Assembly (NCBI RefSeq): GCF_964355755.1
Contig: NC_092679.1
Coordinates: 10,275,432 to 10,339,431 of the forward strand
Length of the DNA: 64,000 nucleotides
Reading direction: 5' to 3'
Source of the DNA: Antedon mediterranea
Lineage: Eukaryota; Animalia; Echinodermata
Numbering within the stretch: the first letter of the stretch is position 1; each line of letters begins with the position of its first letter. The notes below the pieces were generated by a model. The model saw nothing but the letters and a program-made list of their open reading frames with translations, ran no database searches and was not told the origin of the DNA. Positions 1-12,796 of this stretch are shown here, in pieces. The position numbers and the translations under genes were made by a program.

Positions 1-1636
1 AACTGTGTTATTCTTTTACAATTAATTAATTAATGTTCATCTTCACTTTTGGGAAAAATAGCCTACATCTTTTAGGTTTAAAACGTCATTTATAAGTATT
101 TGAATAAGCCAACAAATTAAACTACTGTGTTCTCCCAAGCTTTTTAAATTTTCTAAATGCATTAAAATGCGTCGGACTCGGCGGATAACAATATTTGAAA
201 TAAATGCATATAAAACTTTTTTTCTGGACTTTACTTTTTTGTCCCAAGTGAGAACTTTCAGGCCGTGGAGGTGAACCGATCGTTTATGACATACTTTTGT
301 GTATAAAATGTCCAATAATAATTGTAGGACTACTCTCAACCAAAACACTTTATATTAGAATGTATTTAATATACGTCACGTCTTAAAAAATTGGGAGAAT
401 TGGGTAATACAGTATGTCGTTTTTCGCGAATCTTACATCACACTCCAACATTCTCACTTTCTTTTATTTAGTGAAATGTGAACGGTGGAAAAACGGGAAA
501 ATACTTTAAATTTAGAATGCTTTGAATTCTGGAAGACGACTTCGAACTTAAAGAATCGTCATGAATGACGTTTATTGGCTCAAACTTCACACATCGGTAC
601 GATGTGAAGGCCAGACGGATTCAGAGAGGATCAAACCGGCTCCTCCTCCCCATTGGCAGTGGGGGCATCGGCGGGTGAAAAGGAAAAATGATAAATGTTG
701 ATTCAGACGAATGCCAACCAGCCCCTTTGATACGCTCTTAATAATTGTTGGAAAGTGAAAGTAGGGCTACTTGAGGTAGGGGGCCTAGTATCTTTCGTAT
801 AGGCCTACACGAAATGGATTATCCTTAAATGATTGGTTCTTACTCTAATTAAGATCATAATCGCGAATGATAGTTCAAAATATGCAATGCATTGTGATAT
901 CCACGCAAGTAATGCTGTGAAAAAAAAAGAATGTCTAAAAATAAAACCAGCAAAACTAGTAGTAGTAGATCATTACGCTTCAGCAGATATACAAATATAC
1001 ACTTAATCCATCATGATGGTATACTGGAGGTTGTAATGTGTTTAAATATATACAATTCTTTTTTTCCATGATAAAAATTAGAAATATATTTGTGAAAATA
1101 TAATATTCTGCCTCTTGCAGAGGCAATAACTAACAAACCGCATCGTGTTTCATAATTAATGCCTTTTTTAACCATCCATACAAGTCCGATAAAAGTATGA
1201 CGAGTGAGGGCGCACTTTATTTTATGGAAGGCCATTTTGATTTGTACATTTTTAAACACATATCTGTAAATATTTGAGATTATACTTGGGTTTTCTTTAT
1301 ATGTTATGTATTTTATTATACAATTTATTGTAAACGATATTTAAATTATTGTATAAACTATTAATTTTGTAGGTTTTTAGCTTTGTTAATGCATTTTTCA
1401 ACGGGCGCTAACGGCGTCTCGTAATTTTAGTCACGCTTCGTCGAATTCGCTGTACACAATAATACGACATGAGGCGGTTATAAATTGGGTATAAAAGTCT
1501 AATTTTCTCGTAAAATCCCAAGTTTTGCAAGACGCAACATCAAGAAATGTTATTACCTATATACATAGAACCTACGGATGAAATTTGATTAGGGTACGTT
1601 CTTATACCATGGTGAGGGTGATTTTTGACTGGACTA

Positions 1637-2099
1637 TAAGTAGCTCGCGGCGATCGACCTCTCGTGGACGGTCTTAGTTTTGTAGGCCTAGCTGGTAAAC
1701 ATCGATAACGTACGAACATCGTACGCTAGCTATATACCTAGCCTGACGTTGTATAGTTGCTGCATTAATTGTCTTTCTATTTTTGCCAGACTCCGTTGAT
1801 ACAAATTGGGGAAAACCCGGTATTTTCGCTGAAAAGTTAGGAGTCTTCCATTTGTTTTGGCTTCACGATCGATCGAAAAGTGGGCGAATTACAGGTGAAA
1901 AACAAAAATATCAATCCGCGCGCAATGCATTTTGGGATTTATAGCGGGCCTCTATAATTATTAGAATCGATTTATTTTTCACATTTTTAACCGTTTAAAG
2001 ACGAAAAAAGTTATCGCAATAGGACCATATAGTATTATTTTTACATTAAATATAGTTTGTGATCTTAAAATAGATCTAAAAAACGTAGGGAATGGGGCT
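1637..2099. mobile_element. Partial copy of the TTAA-flanked (Kolobok-like) non-autonomous element
   Basis: Near-identical to ~23508-23991 and ends in the same gggaatggggct|ttaa terminus. Confidence 0.75.
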
Positions 2100-2469
2100 T
2101 TAATATTTAGGTACAGTATATGTCCTTAAAATTTTAAAATATTGACATTGAATGTCCTTGAAATGTCCTGGAATTTTACTAGCTCACAGGTGTACGAACC
2201 CTGATTAAAAAATAATATATTTACGCAACATTTGTAAATAAAATCAACAGTTATGTATTAAATTCACTGTAATATATATGTGTCAAACCAAAAATGACAA
2301 TACATAAATAAGTCGATGATTCCGAACCAAATGCCCAAATAATTCTACAGTGAATATAAAACATAAGTTTAGAAAATAAATAACATCCTTACCATGCCAT
2401 TCCATCAAAAGGCTAGTTTTGACGATTGCTTTTTAAGATGATCATCTCTCAGTTCTCCCATGCTTTAAC

Positions 2470-2745
2470 ATACCTCTCGCGCGCTGTGTTTGTTTACCAT
2501 TGTATACCCACTAAAAGGTCAAACTGACGGTGACCTCGCGAGCGCGAAACGTGTCTATTGGTTGGCTGATGCTGCTCTTGCATGCTGTTGTTTGTGTGAC
2601 GAGACTGGTGTATGAAAAGTTCTATCGGGCCTAGCTCGAGATATACTACAGTTTTAAGCCTGAAACAGTATTCCTAGCTTACGCTGTTATTCTACAAAGT
2701 CGTTTAGCTATAAATATTTAAAACTAAGTATCATTAAAGAATAAA
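2470..2745. promoter_or_regulatory. CpG-enriched ERH promoter/5'UTR, possibly bidirectional
   Basis: Local CG-rich motifs (ctcgcgcgc, ctcgcgagcgcg) and a reverse CCAAT (attgg ~2557). Flanked by a + donor at 2749 and a - strand donor-like site at 2392. Confidence 0.5.
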
Positions 2746-5700
2746 ATGGTAAGCAATTTATTGGCTTAGCCTCCTAGCTAGCTTTTAGGTAGGAGGCTAG
2801 CTTACTACTACTACTAGCTAGGCCTAGCCTAGACCTACGGCCTACACTGGCTACTACTAGGATAGATATATTAGGCCAAGTTGAACGGTAGCGGGACGGT
2901 TCGGCGCTGAGAAAAATGGCTTCGATTGAACTGTGGCCATTTTAGAATCAGGAAAATTGCCAGAAATCAATGTAGGCCTAGGCTACCTACCTATGTTTTA
3001 TTTTTATTTATACCTGCAGAGAATGGTTTTATAAAGAACCAGCTGTACATATATTATGACTGAGTTCGTACATATAACATTTTATTTTTTTTTAAACAAT
3101 TTACAGTTTTAAAAATCATAAAAATTAAACCATATTTCAATTTCACTATGTAAGACATATCTAAAATTGTCTATCAAGAGCAAATATTGCTATCTCACTG
3201 TATTAAAAAATAGAAAATGATTTGTTTTTGTTTTAGACTTGAATGTATTGATTAGTGACCAAGATAATTTTCTTTGATAGGCCCTATTAAAATGAATAAT
3301 AATAGGGATAACGATGCAAAATTAAAAGTTCTTATTTTTCAACCAATTTAAACACTATATGTTAGTATTTTGTTTCAATATTCCAATAAAGAAAGAATTA
3401 CGAAAATCTGACTTGTAGTTTTCGAAATATAAGGTCTAAAACATCTCCGAAAATGATCGTTTTTGGCCACGAACGTTGTAAACAAATTGCGCCCTCAGTC
3501 GACAATTGTATGAACCACACCAATTTTCGCTAAAATAATTACAAATAATTACGTTTTATAGTAATTTATTTTATATATCAACATTGGAAATATCAATAAA
3601 ATATGTTATTAAATGTTTACAAAATATATAAAATTGTTTATTTAACGGAATTCGTACAAATTCATTGCTCTAAATTTGTGTAGTAACATCAGTACAGACA
3701 GACCATGTGACTTCGCGGTACACGCGAGAGAAAACATTCCGCTGTGGGTGATTCGCGTCCACCAATCAAATAGCCAGGATCCAAAAGCATTCAACCGTGA
3801 GCTCTGCCGATCGCGGGAAATCTCAGCTTTGATTGGCTTACGATGACATCATATCACAAAATGGTGGTTTTGTAGTTGAGCCTCACGTAATTTTCACAAT
3901 TTTATTTTAAAAATGAAATAAATGGACCTTCTTTATGGTATGTGTGATTTTTCTCTAAAAGATTTAAATAATAAAGGCTTCATATAGAGAAAAAACCGTT
4001 TTTTTGGCACTTATAATAAATATTTCTCAGAGAAAAAAGCACATGGCATGTAGAACTATATTATCTTGGCGTAGGAAGACAAACAAATCCCAGGTCATGA
4101 GAGGCTCAACTACAAAAACAAGGTTGAATAGGGTTAGGTCACTGGACCGTTCGAAGGTTTTTGAGTAAACAATCTACCGCGTATGGTCGTACGCGCTAGA
4201 CAGTACGATATTTTAACCACATTTTGTACATGTTTGGTTGAATGTAATGACGATAAAAAATAGTTGATCTTATGGAATGATATGTAAATAAATAAATACT
4301 CAAAAGAATTATGTTTACAGTTCAATTATTTTCAGAATAATATTACATAAAAATGTGTTTACCAATGGACAGATAATCGCGTCAATGACATAGCGCGCAT
4401 GGTAACGTACGCGTAGTTGAATCGTGGCAATAACAATGGAGTCAACTCTCGGTAACCCTAATAATAATAATGAAATATTAATTTATCCTCTATACGCCAG
4501 GTGAAAACATTTCTTGCCTCTCAAAACCAGTGGCGTATCCAGGATTTTGAAGTTGGCGGGGCCGGGAATTGCCAATTTGCCGACAAAATTGGTGTCATTA
4601 TCTGTACATACACGACGTCTCTGATCAATATATGTTCTAGGATTACATAGTCATATTGTCTTATATGGGATAACGATGCAAAATTAAAACCAAACCAACA
4701 TTATCTATTAGTATGTTGTATTCATATTACAATAAAGAAAGAATTAGGAAAATCTGACTTGTAGTTTTCGAAATATAGGGTCTAAAACATCGCCGAAAAT
4801 GATCGTTTTTAGCCACGAAAGAAGTAAAACAATTTGCGGCCTCAGTCGACAATTCTATTAACTACGCCATTTTTGGTTAAAATAATTACATATAATTACG
4901 TTTTTTAGTAATTTATTTTATATATCACCATTGGAAATATCAATAAAACATGTTATTAAATGCTTTTAAAATATATAAAGTTGTTTACTTAACGGAATTC
5001 GGACAAATTCATTGCTCTAACTTTGTGTAGTAACGATCAAAGAGATTCATGGTACACGCGCGAGAGAAAACATTCCGCTGCGGGTGATTCGCATCCACCA
5101 ATCAAATCAGCTAGAATCCTAATCATTCAACCGTGAGCAATGCCAATCGCGAGAAAGCTCAGCTTTGATTGGCTTACGATGACATCATATCACAAAATGG
5201 TGGTTTTGTAGTTGAGCCTCACGGAATATTCTGTTCCAAAAATGAAATACCGGTACATGGATATTTTTTATGGTATATGTGCTTTTTCTTTAAAAAATTT
5301 GAATAATAAAGGCCTCATATCGAGAAAAAAAAACGGGTTTTTGGCACTTATAATAAATATATCTTAGACAAAAAAGCACATGGCATGTGGAAATATATAA
5401 TCTCTTAGCGTAGGAAGACATACAAATCTCAGGTCATGAGAGGCTCAACTGCATGCAAAAACAAGGTTTTAGGGTAAGGTCAAAGACTTTTGAGTAAACA
5501 ATCTACCGCGTACGGCCGTACGTACGTGCTACACATTTTTAACGTGTTTCGTTAGATGTAATGAAAATAAAAAATAGTTGGATCTGAAGGGATCAATGAT
5601 GATATGATATGTAAATAAACAAACACTCAAAAGAATTATGTTTACAGTTCAATTATTGTCAGAATAAATAGTTTATTTTTTTCCCCGGCACCTTTGTTTG

Positions 5701-8700
5701 CCGACGGCCGCGATGATGTGCCGACGAAAACGAAATTAGGGGGGCCCGGCCATTTTTGTGTCAAAGAATTCGCACGCTGAGGACACACGCGTCTCTTTTG
5801 TATAGCGTTTTCCTGCAGTTCATGCATTATTTTTAGATTTTTTTGTCTATGAAATAACGCTTATATTCCGTTTTTATATTAGTAATTAATTTTATTAATG
5901 GTATTAATTTGGTAACATATATATATTGTGTCTATAATAACAAAAGAATAAATGTTAGGGCCTACATGCAAGTCAGGATACATCAAAGCATGAACCAATA
6001 CAAAAAACACACAAATTCACCCCTCTTTTTATACAGTATATGGCTCTCTGTGTGTTTTTGAACAAATTGCGCCGCCAACGTTATTAAAATTCAGAGACTC
6101 GTTCATCATTTCATTTGTAATAATTTGCCATTATTATTTTAATATTGTTCATACCCCTTTCAGTATATTAACAAATATATCCACGAAACTTTATTATTTT
6201 ATTTAGTCATCAAAGTATGCATAAAAAATTGAAAATATTACATAATTGTTATTAATATGACGTAGTTATAGGATGTTTCGTTCCAAAATCAATCAATCGA
6301 ACTTTATAATGTACTATTATTTATTCTTTATATCAAACCAACAGTGTAAAACACCAATAACAGGTTGAAAATAAAAACTAAACTATAAAATATAAAATAT
6401 TCTTTGCCGCAAGTACTTCTGTACGCTGTGCACATCGATATTTCATCGTAAAATGTGCAATTACATTTTTTTAAATATAAGAAAAAGTTGAAAGTATTTT
6501 GTTGCTCCTATACTTTACATGCATTAATGCAGACAAGTTTGACACATTTTGATCTGCATATCACGTGACTATAATACAATGTCGTAACTCTTTATATATA
6601 TGGCTCTGTATATTTTAATTCGTTACTTTGACGAATTACTATTCATTATTGTAAACAAAAGTAAAATATTGAACATAAATATAGCCTGGTGGTATAAACT
6701 GAAGATTGTCACACATGATCATAGGATAGTCGAACGTATTATATAGTACTCCATGTATTTACTGTAAAGACTGGGTTCGCTAATAATAATAATAATTTTT
6801 GCGTCAGGACAATGCTTCGATAACCACTGGTCTTAAAAGAATTAATTTTTGTCTCAAATTTGTCATATATTTATTTTTGTACACTTGAAGAATAATATCA
6901 CTTTTGATATTTGACCTCAATGTTCACTCACCGAATAAACGTCGATCTTTAAATAAATTCCCCTCAAATAAACGGTGACCATGTCACTCCCATGAAACAT
7001 CATATGGAATAATCGGCGTCTATTTCCATTAGATTATACCCCCTCCCATTGAATAAACAACTTTCTTCCAATAAATGTCCACCTAAAAACCACCTAAACA
7101 ATAAACAGCCCAGGCCGTTTTTTCAATAAATACGGTACTTTAAATCTAGCACATCTAGGGTCTAGCGTGCTGTTAAACAGAATAATCGGTTAAAAACGGG
7201 TGTTTCGAAACTAGAGACCCGAGACCAGAGACCCGAGACCCAATACGAAAAGGGAGACCTAAATATACGAAAAGGGAGACCCACGTACGAAAAGGGAGAC
7301 CCCACTATACGAAAAGGGAGACCCCACTATACGAAAAGGGAGACCCCAATATACGAAAAGGGAGACCCTAATATACGAAAAGGGAGACCTAAATATACGA
7401 AAAGGGAGACCAAATATACGAAAAGGGAGACCCAAATATACGAAATGGGAGACCTAAATATTTCGAAAAGGGAGACCCACTATACGAAAAGAGAGACCAC
7501 ACTATACGAAAAGGGAGACCCTAATATAGATCTCCCTTTTCGTATTGGGTCTCGTGTCAGGTCTCGGGTCTCTAGTTTCGAAACACCCGTTAAAAACAGA
7601 TGATTTCATTTTTACAGAAACCGGTCCTATATATTTGTCTACTTTTGGATTGGGGGTGGGGGTAGTTGACCAGGGGGTAGTTGACCAGGGGGTAGTTGAC
7701 CGGGGGTAGTTGACCGGGGGGTAGTTGACCGGGGGTAGTTGACCGGGGGTAGTTGACCGGGGGGTAGTTGACCGGGGGGTAGTTGACCGGGGGGTAGTTG
7801 ACCGGGGGGTAGTTGACCGGGGGGTAGTTGACCGGGGGGTAGTTGACCGGGGGGTAGTTGACCGGGGGGTAGTTGACCGGGGGGTAGTTGACCGGGGGGT
7901 AGTTGACCGGGGGGTGGTTGACCGGGGGGTGGTTGTCCTAAGGGGGTGGTTGTCCTAAGGGGGTGGTTGTCCGGGGGGTTGTTATCCTAAGGGGGTTGTT
8001 GTCCTAAGGGGGTTGTTGTCCTAAGGGGGTTGTTGTCCTAAGGGGGTAGTTGTCCTAAGGGGGTAGTTGTCCTAAGGGGGTAGTTGTCCGGGGGTAGTTG
8101 TCCGGGGGATAGTTGTCCGGGGGATAGTTGTCCTAAGGGGATAGTTGTCCTAAGGGGATAGTTGTCCTAAGGGGATAGTTGTCCGGAGGGTAGTTGTCCG
8201 GAGGGTAGTTGTCCGGAGGGTAGTTGTCCTAAGGGGGTAGTTGTCCGGGTGGTAAACATCCGGGGGTAACTGTCTAGGGGGTAGGTGTCCTAGAACCGGG
8301 AAAATAGGGGTGTCTCATTTATTAATTTAGTGTGCTAATGTGTTAAAATACAGCTGCTTTTGTTTAGTGCATTATGTTTCAGAAAAAAGGGGAAAACAAC
8401 TAGCGCCCTACACGCTGCAGAAATAATTGCAGTATTCAAGTTAATACAGTATATTATGGCTCTTTATTTCTATATACTCTCTTCGGTATCCTTCACTAAT
8501 ATGGATATTAGGTGGATTCCCTAAGGTGGATATTGAATAATTTTTAACAGATTTATAAAGAAAGTATTATAAAGAAATTAGTTTTTATTCCAGTTACAAA
8601 TAAAAAATATAATATACCTGTATCTAACGATAACAGTAGCACATTTAATAAGATCTATCACATACTGATTGTTAGGTAATCAGTTAATTCAAATAAACAT

Positions 8701-11700
8701 TATAATTATGTCAATGAATCTGTACCATTTTGTTACCAGCAAACACAGAACGTTTGTTAAATGTTTGAAAATGCATGTTTTTAGGTTTATTTTTTCTAAA
8801 ACGTTTTAAATGTTTCTGTGATAATGTCACCGTGACGAGGATGATTGGTGTCTTCCAATATAGCATGGAATATATCGGCAAGCAGTTCGCTGTAGAACGA
8901 GTCAAGCATTTGCATGGACAAACCAATTTCTTTCCCCACTCTACCTAGCACCTTCTCAATTCGGTCTTTATCCCCCTTACATGCCCTATTCTTTTTCAAA
9001 TTCACCCATTTGTTTTTGGCGTTGCTGTTCTATTGTTAGTCAACAGAATCTATTGTTAGTTGAAAGGCTGGTTACATAACCATTAAACACAAAATTCACA
9101 TACACATGCTTATAGTGAAATTAGCCTAAATCACACACAGCATTAAGACACACACAAATATATATATTTTCGAGAAATCTTTTGTAGGAGAATTTTACAG
9201 TATGTGGAGGTATGCACTCTCGGAGTGGCTTTCTTGTTAATATAATTAATCTAATCAGATAACTGACAAAATGACTCTAGCTTTGACTTTCCTCATTGAC
9301 TTGCACTTTGTTATTACCCCTATGTGTCACCGATAGAACAGTCCGAGTTGATTCACTACTGATTGCCTCGACCTAATTAAGTTTTTTTGAGTTTGTATGA
9401 ATTGTATGTTTTGAATCACACTGCTTGTATTTATTATTAATAATAAACATTTTACCAAAACCTTTTAAAAATACAATTATTATATAAATCATTAAAAATA
9501 AAATACTGTATATTTATATAAACATTTCAAAGTATGAAAATTAGATTTCTTAAAAATACCATTCTTATATACTGTAAATCATTAAAAATACTATATTTAT
9601 ACTGTTTGAAAATCAAAAAACATTATAAAAATAAATACAACATCAAAAAATGTGAACCTGAACCTTCTTTAATGTCTTGATTGTTGAATTAGGAAGTCCA
9701 TATATTAAAGAATTACAATAGTCAATGCACAATAACACTAATGACAGTATTAATGACTTAGTGGCATCAACTGTAAGATAGCGATGAATATTCAATCTGT
9801 GTAGGTGTTGAACTATTGACTGCTTAGGGTCCGTAAAGTGTCTGGGCTAATGAATTTCCTCAGTTTCTAGTTTAAAGCTTTTTAATAAACACATTTATCC
9901 ATAACCAAGGTGTATTTGTTTTCAGTCACATACAATATTGTTGATCCAGCCAGGAAAGAGAGCAGAAACAAGGACATATTCAGATTATGAAACACTTGAC
10001 GAATGTATGGAGGGTAAGTTATTATTTTATTATTACAAAATATTATCAGCTGGAATTTTTTGTGGTTGATATTTGATTACGGTATACTAGATCGTATTGT
10101 TTCTAAATAACGCTCTGCCCCTAATTATGTGACATATGATTATGCTTTTTAGGTCCCGAAAAGTAAATTAAACTTAGGAGTCAATGGGTTGAAGCGCCTT
10201 ACAATTAATATTCTACCTTTTATTATTGTATACTTTAAAATCTGATATTCTACCACAAATTACACCAAAAACAAATTAAATTTACCTTGTGTATGTATTA
10301 TGGTGGTAATGGTTCATTAATATCAGCAATAAACATGTGCGATAATATCAGAGAATTGATTTCAATGGTATTTTATTAACAATCCGATCTTTATATTATA
10401 GTCCTGTCCAGTAAAGCATAAATTCAAAATGGATGCCATTTTGAAGCCCTAGCGATAAATGGACTATTATCTACTTAATCCTTCTATACATGGCCTGAAT
10501 AACACTTTGACAGTCGCCTTAGATTAATTGAAACTAAACAAATCTAATGCGATAATCGTGGTTGACAATATACGGTGTACTCCCTTTGTTTATTCCAAAT
10601 GATGTTGTATAGGAAAAGTTTATTTAAAAGAGGTGCATTTATTTAAAGTGGTGCGTTTATTTAAATAAATGCGGTATTTAAAATGCCCATTCTAGGCTAC
10701 TGTAACAATTTTTCATTTATGAAAATTTTGTTTCTATCTTTCATCTTTTACTTTTAGGTGTGTGTAAAATATTTGAAGAACATTTGAAAAAAATGAATCC
10801 AACTAGTCCTTCTATAACCTATGATATTAGCCAGCTGTTTGACTTTATTGATAAACTTTCAGACCTGTGCTGTTTAGTGTAAGTATTGTTTCCTGTTGTC
10901 CTGAATATGCATTATGATTTTCAAAGATGCTATCTGCACATGTTTTTATTTACAATTTTTTGTAAAGCCTATACACAATAAAAACATGGCATCAATTACG
11001 GAACTCGTGTTTCTCTATGAGGAAGTGTTTAGGAACCACATTAAACATTACGGATGTTAGATTTAATAAAGTTGTTGCTTGTACCAGACTATGAATGGTA
11101 CTATCTGCAAAAATATATAGACAAAATTACGCGACTAAACTACAAGATATATAATAGAGAAGGGGAATTAAATGGTGCTAGTATCGGACTTGCGGTTTAG
11201 TGATATTATAATATAGCTGTCGTTGTAGTCTAAAATACGCCACTGTATGGGTGTGCCTAATTTTAACAAAATAATATAACTCAACCAATCCTTAAAATTT
11301 ATTTCACTCTTCCCTGGTATTACACAATACAGTACCTAGACGCAACGATAGCGATGCAAATTAAATTGTTTTTCTTAAATCTATTGCCACTAACATGCTT
11401 GTTGTCTAGGAAATGTGCAATTGGTATTCATCGCTACATATTCTTTAATTTACACATAAAAATAAAAGTTATGCCGGTTGGGAGCCTGTTTGTGGCGGTC
11501 GGGAATTCTAATCAGAGCTTTTTTAAAAGAATTACCGTAGTTCCCCGGGTATAATCCCACCCCCCCTTTGTACGTGAAATTTGCCCGAATTTGGGAGGTG
11601 GGACTATACCCGGGGATTTCCCACTACATGAATTGAAAATGACGATATTTCTTCTACCTACGATCTAAAGCTATATTCCGATGTAGGCTAGGCCTAACAA

Positions 11701-12449
11701 TTAGACGGCCAGGCCATCTAGACCTAGGCGGTCTAATTGGTCTTACCTGTGCTTACCGTATAGATTTCCCCCAGATTTCTACTTAAAAAATAACCTAAAA
11801 TGTGATCTAGGCCTAGCTTCCTAAATCTACATGAACTCGATCATACGAGTTCGGTTCACCCACGCTCGAGCTCTCTGTGTAAATCGCATGTTGTTGCATG
11901 TGACACAAACTACTGCACAAGCCGGTCGGTATAGAGGGCGGTGTTTTTTTTACGGTAATCAAGCATGCAGTAGGCTAGTATAAACAACAAGAAATAATGT
12001 ACACGGCGAAAGGATGTACAGAACGTGACGATCGGGGCATGCTAGCCTTAAGGTTGTATTCAACTTAATGTTTGATGAGTTTTAAGTCAGCCAAATTCAG
12101 AGAAATTACTCTATTTTTTGGTGAGAATTTTGACGTCGGCCTAGCTAGCTACAGGAGGCCTAGGCCCACCTCTGGCCTAATATTAAATTATACACTGGGA
12201 CTTTGCCCGGGGATATGCTTGCGTGCGAAGGTAATCGTAAAGTCGGGGTGGGATTATACCCGAGGAACTACGGTATTAAATAATATGACCTGAAATCATC
12301 CAATCTAAATAGCAAAATGTATTATCCATTTCTCTTTTTTTTTTCCTCATAGGTTTCAACCAAATATGAATACTTATGCACCATATAATAAAGACTGGAT
12401 CAAAGAAGCTATATATGTTATGCTTCGAAAACAAGCTGGAAAGCAATAA
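2746..12449 (+). CDS. ERH: Enhancer of rudimentary homolog, 102 aa; exons 2746-2748, 9926-10013, 10758-10878, 12353-12449
   Basis: Manual splicing with GT-AG junctions gives 309 nt: [102 protein letters not shown], clearly ERH. The ATG-only first coding exon (ATG|gtaagc) is the least certain part. Confidence 0.95.
3303..5667. repeat. Two diverged tandem copies of a ~1 kb interspersed repeat (3303-4340, 4666-5667) in ERH intron 1
   Basis: Collinear shared blocks, e.g. gggataacgatgcaaaattaaaa, aaatctgacttgtagttttcgaaatata, gctttgattggcttacgatgacatcatatcac, gaattatgtttacagttcaattatt. Confidence 0.85.
7198..7588. mobile_element. MULE/foldback-like MITE with internal ~22-bp tandem array
   Basis: TIR GGGTGTTTCGAAACTAGAGACCCGAGACC at both ends, 9-bp TSD GTTAAAAAC (7189-7197, 7589-7597), ~13 internal copies of (TA)TACGAAAAGGGAGACC. 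Confidence 0.85.
7652..8297 (+). repeat. G-rich minisatellite (GGGGGGTAGTTGACC grading into GGGGGTAGTTGTCC/TAA)
   Basis: About 40 units of 14-17 bp, visible directly. Confidence 0.95.
8700..9005 (-). pseudogene. Decayed LINE ORF2 C-terminal fragment
   Basis: Translation ...[14 protein letters not shown]...[10 protein letters not shown] resembles the post-RT 'I..D.SHPLH' segment of CR1/L2-group LINEs. Confidence 0.45.
9926..10013 (+). CDS. ERH: ERH coding exon 2
   Basis: ttcag|TCACATACA...GAGG|gtaagt; [30 protein letters not shown]. Confidence 0.96.
10758..10878 (+). CDS. ERH: ERH coding exon 3
   Basis: ttttag|GTGTGTGT...TTAGT|gtaagt; [40 protein letters not shown]. Confidence 0.96.
11535..12273. 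mobile_element. Tc1/mariner(pogo)-like MITE in ERH intron 3
   Basis: TIR CCGTAGTTCC(C/T)CGGGTATAATCCCACCCC at both ends, flanked by TA. Confidence 0.8.
12353..12449 (+). CDS. ERH: ERH coding exon 4
   Basis: Polypyrimidine tract + catag|GTTTCAA; [34 protein letters not shown]. Confidence 0.96.
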
Positions 12450-12779
12450 TGAAGTACTGTAGAACTTAAAATTATGTTTATTTTGCTGGATTTGCTCATC
12501 AAAATTTACAGCAAATTATAGCAAAGCATAGTCATTTTTTAGTTAGAGTTAATTGTAAAATTACAGTTTGATGTTAAGAAGAGTAAAGTCTTTTTGTTAG
12601 ATCAGCAAATTATTTTTACAACTATGTCTGTTCTACATACTGTAGGTTTAATACATACAGTAATGTAATAATATTTATTTCTGATCAATCTTTAACATAA
12701 TTTTTAGATAGGTTTTGGACATGATTCTGACTTTATTTATTGTGAATCTGGTCACACATCTGTGAAAATCTGCAACATT

Positions 12780-12796
12780 AATAAACCTTAAATAAA
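12780..12796 (+). terminator. Candidate ERH polyadenylation signals (two AATAAA)
   Basis: AATAAA at 12780 and 12791, ~330 nt after the stop, followed by GT/T-rich sequence. Confidence 0.5.
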
